Origin: Myxococcota bacterium
Lineage (GTDB): Bacteria > Myxococcota > XYA12-FULL-58-9 > JABJBS01
Length of the DNA: 64,000 nucleotides
Reading direction: 5' to 3'
NCBI GenBank assembly: GCA_036339465.1
Contig: JAYZAY010000024.1
Span: 1-64,000 of the forward strand
Positions 30,320 through 40,314 of the stretch are shown in pieces. The notes beneath the pieces were generated by a model. That model saw only the letters and a list, made by a program, of their open reading frames with translations. It was not told where the DNA came from and did no database searches. Each line of letters starts with the position of its first letter. Within the stretch, counting starts at the first letter, position 1. Position numbers and translations under genes: made by a program.

Positions 30320-31891
30320 ATGAGTCAAACTCACCAGTCTGTACTTATTCTCGACTTTGGATCGCAATATACTCAATTGATTGCCCGCCGAGTCCGCCAG
30401 TTGAACGTTTATTGCGAGATTCGACCGTTTTCCATTGGTCTTGACACGGTTAAAGCCCTCAATCCAGCCGCAATTATACTGAGTGGCGGACCCTCATCTG
30501 TGTATGGAGAGGGGGCTCCAGATATTGAGAAGGCAGTTTTGGATATCGGTCTTCCCATTTTGGGGATTTGTTACGGGGCACAACTTTTGGCCAAAAAATT
30601 TGGTGGTAAGGTCGTACCTTCTGAAGAACGCGAGTACGGTTATGCCAAGGTGACCAAGCAAAGGGATATTCCGGGGGTAGCTGAACCGCTCTTGAGCCAG
30701 TTCGAAGCCGGAGAGGATTTTGATGTTTGGATGAGTCACGGAGATAGAATCGAGGAGCTTCCACCCTCTTTTGTGTCTATCGCGCATACCGAGAGCACAC
30801 CTTTTGCGGCGATTGCCCATGTGGAAAAGCCGGTTGTGGGCCTTCAATTTCACCCAGAAGTCAGTCACACGCCGCAAGGTATTGAGATTCTAAAGGGGTT
30901 TCTATTTGGTATCGCGAATTTTCGCGGTGATTGGACCATGTCCTCATTTGTTGAAGAGCAACAAGGTTTGATTCGAGGTGTGGTGAAGCCTGGAGAGAAA
31001 GTCATATGTGGCTTGTCTGGCGGGGTGGATTCGTCCGTGGTTTCGGCTCTGCTCAGAAAGGCGATTGGCGATGACCTTGTCTGTATTATGGTCGACAATG
31101 GTCTTTTGAGACACAAGGAGGTCGAAGGCGTCCGTGAAGCGTTTACGGGGGCAGGACTTGGGAAGTTGCGGGTGGTGGATGCCAGGGATGAGTTTATGGA
31201 CGCCCTCAAGGGAATTGAGGATCCTGAATTGAAACGTAAGACCGTCGGGAAAATATTTATCGATGTTTTTGAGCGTGAGTCGACTAAGATTGAGGGAGCT
31301 AAGTACCTTGCGCAAGGGACCCTTTACCCCGATGTTATCGAGTCGGTTAGTGTCACGGGAGGACCCTCGGTGACGATTAAGAGTCATCACAATGTGGGTG
31401 GCCTTCCTGAAAAAATGAACCTCAGTTTGATTGAGCCGTTGCGGGACCTATTCAAGGATGAAGTGCGGTTGGTCGGTTTAGAATTGGGACTGCCTAGGGA
31501 AATTTGTTTTAGGCAACCATTCCCTGGGCCAGGCTTATCGGTTCGAATACCGGGAGAGGTGACTTTCCCGAAGTGCGAGACACTTCGGGCCGCGGATGCC
31601 ATTATTATGGATGAGATTGTCCAAGCGGGACTTTACGAGAAATGCTGGCAGACTTTTGGTGTTCTCTTACCAGTGCTTTCTGTGGGGGTGATGGGTGACG
31701 AACGAACCTATGAAAATGCGCTATCGGTGAGGAGTGTTGACTCGGTTGATGGTATGACGGCGGATTGGAGTCGATTGCCCTACGATGTTCTTGGACGGAT
31801 ATCCAACCGAGTGATCAATGAGGTGCGGGGTATCAACCGTGTGTTGTACGATATTAGCTCAAAACCACCCGCAACCATAGAGTGGGAGTAG
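30320..31891 (+). CDS. guaA: GMP synthase (glutamine-hydrolyzing)
   Basis: LDFGSQY, GICYG, QFHPE, SGGVDS, IKSHHN, KPPATIEWE. Confidence 0.98.
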   Translation: MSQTHQSVLILDFGSQYTQLIARRVRQLNVYCEIRPFSIGLDTVKALNPAAIILSGGPSSVYGEGAPDIEKAVLDIGLPILGICYGAQLLAKKFGGKVVPSEEREYGYAKVTKQRDIPGVAEPLLSQFEAGEDFDVWMSHGDRIEELPPSFVSIAHTESTPFAAIAHVEKPVVGLQFHPEVSHTPQGIEILKGFLFGIANFRGDWTMSSFVEEQQGLIRGVVKPGEKVICGLSGGVDSSVVSALLRKAIGDDLVCIMVDNGLLRHKEVEGVREAFTGAGLGKLRVVDARDEFMDALKGIEDPELKRKTVGKIFIDVFERESTKIEGAKYLAQGTLYPDVIESVSVTGGPSVTIKSHHNVGGLPEKMNLSLIEPLRDLFKDEVRLVGLELGLPREICFRQPFPGPGLSVRIPGEVTFPKCETLRAADAIIMDEIVQAGLYEKCWQTFGVLLPVLSVGVMGDERTYENALSVRSVDSVDGMTADWSRLPYDVLGRISNRVINEVRGINRVLYDISSKPPATIEWE

Positions 31892-32002
31892 CTGGCGACT
31901 ATTAAGCGGGGATTTCTTCCCACCTCGTTTTTGCTTAATCCTAATTTTCTATCATCCTCCCTTGTTTCCAGATAGAATGGGCAAGGAACAGTTGGGGGCT
32001 TT

Positions 32003-32821
32003 ATGACGAATTTTAGGCTTTTATACCGGGGATTTCTCTTATGCTCGGGGGTGGTTGTTTCTCTGCTGTGGACTGGTTCAGTGCTGTTGGCGGGTGATAA
32101 AGGGGGTGTGGTTGAGAGTGTATCCCATGGCGAGATTCATTGGGGTAAGGGTACCCTGGTGGTGACCGGAAGCGGCGCTCCTGATTTGCGGGCTCCGAAT
32201 GCGGCTGTCGCAAGACTCGGTGCAGAGCGTGCGGCAAAAATGTCGGCTTTCCGTAATATTCTCGAAGCAGTTCAAGGGGCTCGAGTTCAGTCGGGGCAGA
32301 CAGTGGGGGATTTATTGGCGACGCAACCTGAAATGCGAACCAAGGTTCAAGGGGTGGTTCGTAACTTTAAGGTTCTTGATACTCGGTATTATTCTGATGG
32401 TGGCGTGGACCTGGTTGTAGAGGTACCACTCTCGGGGGTTTTGTTGGAGACTTTGGTACCCGCTGGAGCATCGGGTGACACTGCGACAGCTGGCGGTCGT
32501 GGTGTACTTATCCAGGCGAAGGGGATGAAGTTAGTGCCAGCGCTTGCGCCTAAGATCTTGGATGAATCGGGAAACGAACTCTACTCGGCGGCCATCGTTA
32601 ATCAAGCGGCGGCATTAAAGTGGGGGTACGTGGCTTATTATAAGACGCTCAAGCAAGCGAAAAAAGATGTGAGAATCGGCAAGCAACCCCTAATAGTGAA
32701 GGCCTTGCGTCCCGATACTGCGGGTGGGAGTGACATTGTTCTTGAGGCGAGTGAGGTTTCAATACTGAAGTCCGCGATGGCCTCCTTGAGGCAGGGAAGA
32801 ATCGGAATTATCGTAGATTGA
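32003..32821 (+). CDS. LPP20-like domain exported protein
   Basis: Signal-like N-terminus; IHW...VTGSG...AERAAKMSAFRNILEAVQG...; C-terminal PALAPKILDESGNELY domain. Confidence 0.65.
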   Translation: MTNFRLLYRGFLLCSGVVVSLLWTGSVLLAGDKGGVVESVSHGEIHWGKGTLVVTGSGAPDLRAPNAAVARLGAERAAKMSAFRNILEAVQGARVQSGQTVGDLLATQPEMRTKVQGVVRNFKVLDTRYYSDGGVDLVVEVPLSGVLLETLVPAGASGDTATAGGRGVLIQAKGMKLVPALAPKILDESGNELYSAAIVNQAAALKWGYVAYYKTLKQAKKDVRIGKQPLIVKALRPDTAGGSDIVLEASEVSILKSAMASLRQGRIGIIVD

Positions 32822-32832
32822 TTAGGGGGGGC

Positions 32833-34026
32833 ATGGGGATGAATACAAAGATGATTCGAAGTTGCATGGTTGCTTTTGTTTTTGCGCTATTTTTAGGGTC
32901 GGGGGTGTCCTTTGCTCAAAAGGGTGGGGGGGCGAAGGTCAAGGCCAAGGGTCAAGCGGCAATTTATGGCGATGATGTGGCCAACGCTCGGGACCGAGCT
33001 ATTCAAGATGCCCAACGAAAGGCGGTTGAACAGGCTTTAGGGTTGATGGTTAGCAGCGAAACTTTGATGAGTAACTTCCAGCTTATTTCCGATGAGATTT
33101 TGACCAAAGCCAGTGGTTATGTCCGAGGCTATAAGATCCTTAAAGAGGGTCGTACTGAGGATGGGATTTACGAGGTTACGATTAAGGCTAAGGTTGGAAG
33201 GAGCGTTTTAAAAAGCGATTTACAAGGCGTTCTTGCAATCCTAGAGACAAAAAATATGCCCCGTGTTTTGGTGATGATCTCTGAACAAAATGTAGGCGGT
33301 GGAGGAAAGCCTTGGTGGCAATCGGGTGGTACCGTGAGTATGGATGCTGCGGAGAATACTTTTATTGATGCTTGGAGACCCAAAGGGATTGAGTTTGTTG
33401 ATCGGCAGGCTTTGACCGGTGAGATCAGTACGAGGGGGCCACTGGCTCAAGAGCCTTCCGCTTCCGAGGTGAAGACTTTTGGGGCGAAGGTGGGTGCAGA
33501 GGTTGTGGTGGTTGGTAAGGCCATTGCTTTAGACAAGGGCGCCATTATGAATACGGCCATGAGATCAGTTCAGGCCACACTTTCCCTAAGGGCGATCAAT
33601 GTGGACTCGGGTCGCGTTTTGGCCACAGCCATCGTGAATAAGGCAAACCCTCACGTGGATCCGATTGTTGGGGGGACACTTGCCCTTAAGAAAGCAGCTG
33701 AAGCTGCCGCCGAAGAGCTCTTGCAAAAGATATTGGCTGTTTGGGAACATGAGGCATCAGGACCTTCAAAATTGGTTTTGAAGGTAAAAAATATTCCTAA
33801 GTTCAGAGTGCTGCGAACTATGCAGAAGTTTTTGGGGAATCAAGTACGTGGCATGCAAAAAATTAGGCAGCGAAGTTATCGGGGGGGCGTTGCTGAACTT
33901 GAGGTGGAATTTAATGGGTCCACATCTGATCTTGCCATCGAGTTAGAAGAAAAACGTTTCAATGGCTATTCCTTGGAAATAGAAGAAATCACCGGAAATG
34001 TGGTCATTGGCAGCCTCACGAAATAG
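32833..34026 (+). CDS. FlgT N-terminal-domain-containing exported protein
   Basis: Signal peptide; VKAKGQA...ARDRAIQDAQRKAVEQALG.VSSET...SGYVRGYKIL resembles FlgT_N, followed by a TolB-N/CsgG-like middle domain. Confidence 0.65.
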   Translation: MGMNTKMIRSCMVAFVFALFLGSGVSFAQKGGGAKVKAKGQAAIYGDDVANARDRAIQDAQRKAVEQALGLMVSSETLMSNFQLISDEILTKASGYVRGYKILKEGRTEDGIYEVTIKAKVGRSVLKSDLQGVLAILETKNMPRVLVMISEQNVGGGGKPWWQSGGTVSMDAAENTFIDAWRPKGIEFVDRQALTGEISTRGPLAQEPSASEVKTFGAKVGAEVVVVGKAIALDKGAIMNTAMRSVQATLSLRAINVDSGRVLATAIVNKANPHVDPIVGGTLALKKAAEAAAEELLQKILAVWEHEASGPSKLVLKVKNIPKFRVLRTMQKFLGNQVRGMQKIRQRSYRGGVAELEVEFNGSTSDLAIELEEKRFNGYSLEIEEITGNVVIGSLTK

Positions 34027-34063
34027 TTCTTTGGGAAAATATCGATGGGGATTAGGTGGAACC

Positions 34064-34801
34064 ATGAATCGAATCGTCTTAACAATGACAACGGTGTGCA
34101 TTCTATGCTTGACGACATTGCTCGCTGTGCCGGTAATGGCGTCAAAAGACGCGGGGGTCGTGATTTTTCTGACAGGGAAAGCGGAAGTAAGTATCGATAA
34201 AAAGAGCTGGTCAAAGTTGGTTGTTAACAACGTTATTTTTTACGGGACGCATCTTCGAACGAAGAAGGGTACGCGGATGGAAATCAAACTTGGTAATGGC
34301 TCGCGGATCCGTTTGGCACCTAATTCACAGATATTTCTAAGTGACCCACAAGGCCGAATCAAAGGACGAAAACCCGGAATGAGTATTCAATTAACCGTGG
34401 GTAAAATTTGGTCGAAGGTACGCGCACTCATGGGAGCCCAGGATAATTTCGAAGTAAAAACCACCCACGCGGTAGCCGGTGTGCGAGGGACTTCATTTAA
34501 CGTTGCTGTGGATAACAAAGGGACCAGTGTGAACGTTTTCGAGGGTAAAGTCCTGGTGTCTAATAAGCCGATTTATCAAATCAAGGGCCATACGAAAGCG
34601 AACCGAGTCCCGGTTTCTGGGCCGCAAATGATTTCGAAACGAGAGTGGAATGAAACCATCGCCAATGCCATGGAGTCTATTCGGGTTGGAAAAGACGGGA
34701 AGATGAGTAAGGCTATGCCGATTCCGCGTGGTAAAAAGAAACGGAGCCCCTGGGAAGCTTGGAATATGAAGCGCGACAAGGCTACCGAAGCAGAGTTTTA
34801 G
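34064..34801 (+). CDS. FecR-domain exported protein
   Basis: Signal peptide; LRT...GSRIRLAPNS, FEVKTTHAVAGVRGTSF, VNVFEGKV. Start placed at ATG 34064. Confidence 0.8.
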   Translation: MNRIVLTMTTVCILCLTTLLAVPVMASKDAGVVIFLTGKAEVSIDKKSWSKLVVNNVIFYGTHLRTKKGTRMEIKLGNGSRIRLAPNSQIFLSDPQGRIKGRKPGMSIQLTVGKIWSKVRALMGAQDNFEVKTTHAVAGVRGTSFNVAVDNKGTSVNVFEGKVLVSNKPIYQIKGHTKANRVPVSGPQMISKREWNETIANAMESIRVGKDGKMSKAMPIPRGKKKRSPWEAWNMKRDKATEAEF

Positions 34802-34928
34802 ACGGGCTTTGAGCCCCGGGCCTTGAACGGATTGTCCGCAAGGTTTTAATGTCGGTTCAGATGAACCAAAAAGATCTTGATTGTTCCTGGTCAAAGCTCT
34901 AGAACCGGCCGTATCTCGTCGGAATGTC

Positions 34929-35003
34929 GGGCGCTTAACTCAGTGGTAGAGTGCCACCTTCACACGGTGGAAGTCACTGGTTCAAGTCCAGTAGTGCCCA
35001 CCA
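34929..35003 (+). tRNA. tRNA-Val (anticodon CAC)
   Basis: Acceptor GGGCGCT/AGTGCCC, D-arm ACTC-AGTGGTA-GAGT, anticodon arm CCACC-TTCACAC-GGTGG, T-loop GGTTCAAGTCC, encoded CCA. Confidence 0.97.
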
Positions 35004-35112
35004 ACACTTTAGGTGAGACTCAATTATCCAGCCGAAATCTTGAGAACCCAAGTTAAATCAATTAAGAATGCTTTGTTGCATGCTTAGATTCTAAGTGCAG
35101 GGAGACCGTTTA

Positions 35113-35877
35113 ATGCGGGATACAAGGAAACTTTACGAAAAACGTTCTAGGCGATCTGATGGGAAATCCGGCGGTCGAGGTGGACGTGATCCCCAGAGTG
35201 ATGTGAAGCGATGGATTGCTTTGAGTGTCTTGAGCTTGGGGATATTTGGGGCAGGCTTTTTGATGGGAAGGAATCTTGACTCCCCGGATACAGAAAAATT
35301 TCCGGCGCGGAGTGTGGCGGCAATTGACGAGGACCATGTGCGGCACGTGATGGCAAAGAGCGAATTTCACGAACTTTTAACCGAACCGGTTGTCGAGGAG
35401 GCACCTCAGTTGGACGTCGTAAAGCCTTCAAGGAGGACGCCGGATGAGTCTGCCGAAGATAAACGCCCCACCGAGCTGCCCGGTGACAAGGATGCGAAAG
35501 TAACAGCGAGGTTATTGCTAAACAAACTTCTCAAGAAAACTGAAGGGATGATAAACAGGGCGACAAAGTCGGATATTCAGGGAGAGGACGTTCAAGTTAA
35601 GCGGATCGAGGAAGACGCCGCTTCTCTGGATGGGCAAGATGATATTTACACTGTTCAAGTTAGCTCCTTTCAGACAGAAGAAGAGGCCCTGTCGTTTGCG
35701 GCGAGACTTAAGCGTTTGGATTACAGTCCATATGTTCTGGAAAGTGATTTGGGGGTCCGGGGGGTTTGGTATCGCGTGCGAATTGGAAATTTCACCAGTA
35801 AATCCCAAGCCGATGATATTCATCAGCGCTTGACCAGCAATAATATTCCTGGCTGGATTTTGAGGACACGTATGTAG
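35113..35877 (+). CDS. SPOR-domain cell-division protein (FtsN/DedD-like)
   Basis: Basic N-tail, single TM helix, disordered linker, SPOR domain YTVQVSSF...WYRVRIGNF. Confidence 0.88.
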   Translation: MRDTRKLYEKRSRRSDGKSGGRGGRDPQSDVKRWIALSVLSLGIFGAGFLMGRNLDSPDTEKFPARSVAAIDEDHVRHVMAKSEFHELLTEPVVEEAPQLDVVKPSRRTPDESAEDKRPTELPGDKDAKVTARLLLNKLLKKTEGMINRATKSDIQGEDVQVKRIEEDAASLDGQDDIYTVQVSSFQTEEEALSFAARLKRLDYSPYVLESDLGVRGVWYRVRIGNFTSKSQADDIHQRLTSNNIPGWILRTRM

Positions 35878-35889
35878 GTCCTGTCTGGA

Positions 35890-36579
35890 TTAGGATGTTT
35901 CAGTGGCCGCTTCCGGTAACGGTTTTTCGCAATCGGGGTTCTCGTCGGTGCACTGAGGTTCAGCAGCGGGCGGTTCGGTTGTTGGTTTAGGCTCAGGCTC
36001 AGGGGTTACGAGCTCTTTCCAGTTATCGGCTTGGCCATCGGAATCAGAATCGAAGCCGATTTTCATGAGTTGGCCAGCTTGAAAAACTTCCCATGTGTCT
36101 ATCTTTCCATTTCCGGTTCGATCGGATTCAATGGTGACTAGGTTTCCCTCCTTATAGCGTTCGAAGACATCACCGGTACCATCCTGTGTGAGATCAATTT
36201 CTCGAGATTTCAAAAGACCTGCGATGAAAGTCGAAATTACTTCGAATCGTCCGTCGTAATCGAGGTCGGCTCTCTCTTTTTCCAATTCACCAGAGGCATC
36301 AAACTCCTGGATGAGGTCGATGATTGCATCGTAATTCAGGTCGATCTCTTTACGTCTGATTTGACCGGAATTTTCGATGGCAAATTGAAATAGGTCAGCT
36401 TCGCCGTCACCGTTGAGGTCCAGTTCTTGAATTGTCCAGCCATTTTGGGCCGCCAAGGCGGTGCGGGCGGAGGGGGTACCGGGTATGTCTGTGGGCAAAA
36501 CGGGTTTAGGGGGGGCTTTTACAGCTGCCAGGTTGCTGCAACCAATGAAGAAGAAAATAGGGATGAATGCCAATCGCAT
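35890..36579 (-). CDS. Lipoprotein with repeated Dx(N/D)xDG-type putative Ca2+-binding loops
   Basis: Lipobox FIGC; DLNGDG, DLNYDA, DLDYDG, DLTQDG, DRTGNG and DSDSDG at roughly 22-24 aa spacing. Confidence 0.75.
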   Translation of the reverse strand: MRLAFIPIFFFIGCSNLAAVKAPPKPVLPTDIPGTPSARTALAAQNGWTIQELDLNGDGEADLFQFAIENSGQIRRKEIDLNYDAIIDLIQEFDASGELEKERADLDYDGRFEVISTFIAGLLKSREIDLTQDGTGDVFERYKEGNLVTIESDRTGNGKIDTWEVFQAGQLMKIGFDSDSDGQADNWKELVTPEPEPKPTTEPPAAEPQCTDENPDCEKPLPEAATETS

Positions 36580-36658
36580 AGCGCCTCCAGGAGAACCAAT
36601 AAGTATGAGGTTGCCACGTTTATATGGGTCTTTTCAACGGGCAAATGCGGGAAGACAG

Positions 36659-36695
36659 TATATTGCAATATATATTTACATATGGCAAAATATGG
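36659..36695. promoter_or_regulatory. Candidate operator: 14-bp palindrome plus TATGG direct repeat
   Basis: TATATTGCAATATA (36659-36672) and TATGG at 36681 and 36691, in the divergent intergenic region upstream of the RHH gene. Confidence 0.4.
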
Positions 36696-36736
36696 TTACC
36701 TCTGGAAGTTTGTTGCAGTTACGGTGGGGGTGCACG

Positions 36737-36925
36737 ATGGCAGAACAAAAGGTTGAGAAGAAGATTTCTACGACTGTTTATATCACCCAAACGCAGTCTG
36801 AGCGATTGAAACAGCTTCATGGGCGGACCAAAGTACCCGTCGCTGAATACATTCGTCAGGGGATCGATATGGTCCTTGAAGAAAATGCCGATAAGTTACC
36901 CGGGCAGCTTTCTTTAATGAAGTAG
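36737..36925 (+). CDS. Ribbon-helix-helix DNA-binding protein, CdbA/CdbB-like (c-di-GMP-binding nucleoid protein family of Myxococcus)
   Basis: 62 aa: KKISTTVYIT...LKQLHGRTKVPVAEYIRQGIDMVL...LPGQ. True start is ATG 36737, inside the longer ORF-track call. Confidence 0.8.
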   Translation: MAEQKVEKKISTTVYITQTQSERLKQLHGRTKVPVAEYIRQGIDMVLEENADKLPGQLSLMK

Positions 36926-36946
36926 TTTTGTGGCTTGGAGCTGTTT

Positions 36947-36974
36947 TAATTGTCACGGGGCTAATTGTCACGGG
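36947..36974 (+). repeat. 13-bp direct repeat TAATTGTCACGGG x2 (15-bp period) upstream of lepA
   Basis: Exact copies at 36947-36959 and 36962-36974. Confidence 0.85.
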
Positions 36975-37059
36975 AGCTATTGACTTCGCAGCCAAAAGGT
37001 CCAGAACGGGCACATTGGGAGCGGTTCGCTGGCTTTTTATTTGATAGATTGTGTAGGCT

Positions 37060-38853
37060 ATGTCCAAGAATATTCGAAATTTCTGTATTATTGCCCATAT
37101 TGACCACGGCAAGAGCACCTTAGCAGATCGCATTCTCGATGTTTGTCAGGCTGTAGATGAGCGGTCGGAGCAGGCACAGCTTTTAGACAGCATGGACTTG
37201 GAGCGTGAACGAGGAATCACAATCAAGGCTCAGGCTGTTCGGTTGAGGTATGTGGCAAACAATGGAGAAGAGTACCAGTTTAACCTGATCGATACCCCCG
37301 GACATGTCGATTTCACCTACGAGGTGTCAAGATCTCTATCTGCCTGTGACGGTGCCATTTTGGTGGTCGATGCGACTCAGGGGGTTGAGGCCCAAACTCT
37401 CGCGAATGTTTACCTTGCTTTGGAAAATGACCTCGAAATTCTAACGGTGATTAATAAAATCGATTTGCCGAGTGCGGACGTGGAACGCGTAAAGTCGGAG
37501 ATCGAGGAGATTATCGGCTTACCCACAGATAACGCAGTCAATGTGAGCGCTAAAACGGGGATGGGTGTTCCCGATGTTCTTGAAGCCGTGGTTGCGTATT
37601 TGCCTCCCCCTGAGCAAGACAAAGAAAAGCCTTTGAAGGCTTTGCTCTTTGATTCATGGTTTGACGCGTATCGTGGGGTAATGGTTTTGGCTCGGGTGGT
37701 GGAAGGGGAGATGAAGAAAGGAACACCTCTGCGGTTTTGGACAACTGGAGCCGAATATCAGGTACAGGAATTAGGTGTGTTTGGGCCTGAGCCAGCGCGG
37801 ATTGATACGCTTTCGGCTGGGGAAGTTGGGTTTATTGTTGGAGGGATTAAGGATATCCATCAAACCCAAATAGGTGACACCATTACAAGTGCCACGATGC
37901 CGTGTGAGCGCCCTTTGGAGGGTTTTCAAGAAGTACAGCCGATGGTTTTTTCCGGGATTTTTCCCATCGAATCCAAGGATTATCAATCTCTGAGAGATGC
38001 TCTTGAGAAGCTCAAGTTGAATGACTCGTCGTTTCAATTTGAGCCAGAGACCAGCATTGCTTTGGGGTTTGGTTTTCGCTGTGGCTTTCTCGGCCTTTTG
38101 CATATGGAAATCGTTCAAGAGCGGCTCGAACGCGAATATAGCCTGAGCCTTATTTCCACTGCACCCACGGTTATCTATTTTTCCTACACCAAGGATGGGG
38201 ATAAAATTCGGGTCGATAATCCATCCCATCTACCTTCGGCTTCAGAGAGGGATCGGATTGAAGAACCCCGCATTAAGGCTTCAATCCATGTTCCCAATGA
38301 ATATGTTGGCGTGGTGATGAAACTTTGTGAGGAGCGACGGGGGCGCCAAATGGATTTAACGTATACGGACTTTGGCCGGATCCAGGTCGTGTATGATCTT
38401 CCTTTGGCTGAAGTTGTTTTCGACTTTTACGACCGACTCAAGAGTGTTTCTCGCGGTTATGCTTCTTGTGATTATGAGGTTATGGCTTATGAAAAAGCGG
38501 ATTTGGTTAAATTGGACATTCTTATCAACGGGGAAGTTTGTGATGCACTTTCGTTGATTGTTCACAAGTCATCGGCTTTCCATCGTGGGCAGATGCTTTG
38601 TAGTAAGTTGAAGGAGATCATTCCCCGTCAACAATTTGAGGTGGCCATTCAGGCAGCAATTGGCACCAAGGTGATCGCCAGGACGACGGTGAAGGCTTAC
38701 CGTAAGAACGTGACTGCAAAGTGCTATGGAGGAGATATCAGCCGTAAGCGAAAGCTGCTCGAAAAGCAGAAAGAAGGTAAAAAACGTATGAAGTCGGTGG
38801 GTTCTGTCGAGTTGCCTCAGGAAGCTTTCTTGGCGGTTTTAAAGACGGATTAA
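37060..38853 (+). CDS. lepA: Elongation factor 4 (LepA)
   Basis: [52 protein letters not shown]. Confidence 0.98.
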   Translation: MSKNIRNFCIIAHIDHGKSTLADRILDVCQAVDERSEQAQLLDSMDLERERGITIKAQAVRLRYVANNGEEYQFNLIDTPGHVDFTYEVSRSLSACDGAILVVDATQGVEAQTLANVYLALENDLEILTVINKIDLPSADVERVKSEIEEIIGLPTDNAVNVSAKTGMGVPDVLEAVVAYLPPPEQDKEKPLKALLFDSWFDAYRGVMVLARVVEGEMKKGTPLRFWTTGAEYQVQELGVFGPEPARIDTLSAGEVGFIVGGIKDIHQTQIGDTITSATMPCERPLEGFQEVQPMVFSGIFPIESKDYQSLRDALEKLKLNDSSFQFEPETSIALGFGFRCGFLGLLHMEIVQERLEREYSLSLISTAPTVIYFSYTKDGDKIRVDNPSHLPSASERDRIEEPRIKASIHVPNEYVGVVMKLCEERRGRQMDLTYTDFGRIQVVYDLPLAEVVFDFYDRLKSVSRGYASCDYEVMAYEKADLVKLDILINGEVCDALSLIVHKSSAFHRGQMLCSKLKEIIPRQQFEVAIQAAIGTKVIARTTVKAYRKNVTAKCYGGDISRKRKLLEKQKEGKKRMKSVGSVELPQEAFLAVLKTD

Positions 38854-38875
38854 CCGGAAAAAGGGTGTAATTTAG

Positions 38876-39610
38876 ATGACGGTTGGTCCCACAACTTCGA
38901 AATCCAAGCCAATATCCAAAGATTCAACCGTTGGTGGTTGGTGGGAGTCCATTAAGTCAATTTTATTGGCTGTGCTTATTGCCCTAACCCTAAGGGCGTT
39001 TGTGATTGAAGCCTTCAAGATCCCCAGTGGCTCGATGATTCCAACGTTGGCCATTGGAGACCAAATATTTGTGAATAAATATCTTTATGGCATTCGAGTT
39101 CCCTTTACCTCGACTCTGTTGACGAGATTTCAAGCTCCTTTACGGGGGGATGTCATTGTCTTCATTTGTCCTGACTCACCGAGCGATGATTACATCAAGC
39201 GGATCGTGGCGACTGAAGGTGAGGTGGTTGAAGTGCGGGGGGGCACGGTTTATGTGAATGATGAGCCCATTAAGCGCGGTCGGGAAGGGGTTGAGACCTT
39301 TGACGACCGGGAGCTACAAACCGGGCGTTGGCACCCACTACGGGCAGTTCGCTTTAATGAGAGCTTTGGCAATAGGAGCTACACGACTCTCGAGGCCTTC
39401 GGCGATTTTCGGCAAATGCCGGATTATGGGCCCTACATTGTTCCCGAAGATCATGTTTTTGTGATGGGAGACAATCGAGACCATTCAAGGGACAGTCGAA
39501 TTTTTGGGCCAGTGCCGAGGCAGAATATTTTGGGGAAAGCAATGTTTGTCTGGTGGTCTTGGGGTAAAGACGGTTTAGCCACGGACCGACTGGGAACCTG
39601 GATCGATTAA
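38876..39610 (+). CDS. lepB: Signal peptidase I
   Basis: IPSGSMIPTL (Ser), YIKRIV (Lys), MGDNRDHSRDSR. Confidence 0.96.
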   Translation: MTVGPTTSKSKPISKDSTVGGWWESIKSILLAVLIALTLRAFVIEAFKIPSGSMIPTLAIGDQIFVNKYLYGIRVPFTSTLLTRFQAPLRGDVIVFICPDSPSDDYIKRIVATEGEVVEVRGGTVYVNDEPIKRGREGVETFDDRELQTGRWHPLRAVRFNESFGNRSYTTLEAFGDFRQMPDYGPYIVPEDHVFVMGDNRDHSRDSRIFGPVPRQNILGKAMFVWWSWGKDGLATDRLGTWID

Positions 39611-39728
39611 AGCCACCCATCTTCTGTGGTTTCAATAAAATATCTTTGCGGAGTCTTGGGCTTTCGATACAAGTCGGGCCTTAGGAGGCGGTGTTTTAGT
39701 CGCTTGGGAGTGGAAGGAAGGTCAAAGG

Positions 39729-40265
39729 ATGAATGACGTGGTGTTGAATGCGGAAGGTGTACACGAAGCGATTGAGCGTATTTGCCAAGAGATTTGTGAG
39801 CAGGAACGCGGCAATAAGCTTGCGATTGTAGGCATAAGACACGGTGGCGAGGTGCTTGCTAAACGCGTGGCTACCAGGATCGAACAGCTGCTCGACTGTG
39901 AAGTCCCTGTGGGGTTTGTAGATATTACTCTCTATAGAGATGATGGTTTTGGGCGTGCCGAGTGGCCGGAAGTGGGGGTGACTGAGATTCCTTTTAACCC
40001 CACTGAGAGCATCGTGGTTTTGGTCGATGATGTGCTTTTTACGGGCCGAACTGTCCGGGCGGCTCTGGATGCTATTCTAGACTATGGTAGGCCACCGGCC
40101 ATTCGGGCCGCTGTTTTGGTTGACCGAGGCCTCCGTGAATTACCGATTCGGGCTGATTTTGTTGGAATTCAATTAACGACTGAGCACGATCAACATGTGC
40201 GCGTTAATCTTACGAATGCCGAGGAAGACGATATTGTCGTTGTTTCCGTGAGAACAAAACAGTAA
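39729..40265 (+). CDS. pyrR: Bifunctional pyr operon regulator/uracil phosphoribosyltransferase PyrR
   Basis: DITLYRDD, LVDDVLFTGRTVRAALD, DRGLRELPIRADFVG. Confidence 0.93.
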   Translation: MNDVVLNAEGVHEAIERICQEICEQERGNKLAIVGIRHGGEVLAKRVATRIEQLLDCEVPVGFVDITLYRDDGFGRAEWPEVGVTEIPFNPTESIVVLVDDVLFTGRTVRAALDAILDYGRPPAIRAAVLVDRGLRELPIRADFVGIQLTTEHDQHVRVNLTNAEEDDIVVVSVRTKQ

Positions 40266-40314
40266 TAGCCGTCCAAACTTTGGTTCACGAGACCGAGAAA
40301 CAAGGCGAATAACG

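Noticed and set aside
34929..35100. tRNA-Val as an integration site for an island or prophage
   Set aside because: No integrase and no duplicated tRNA 3' end were seen in the window; flanking genes look like core genes.
36461..36736. Long N-terminal extension of the RHH protein (154-aa ORF)
   Set aside because: It overlaps the opposite-strand lipoprotein gene and promoter; the RHH domain starts at ATG 36737.
39611..39728. PyrR-binding attenuator upstream of pyrR
   Set aside because: No match to the ARUCCNGNGAGGYU consensus and no clear terminator/antiterminator pair.
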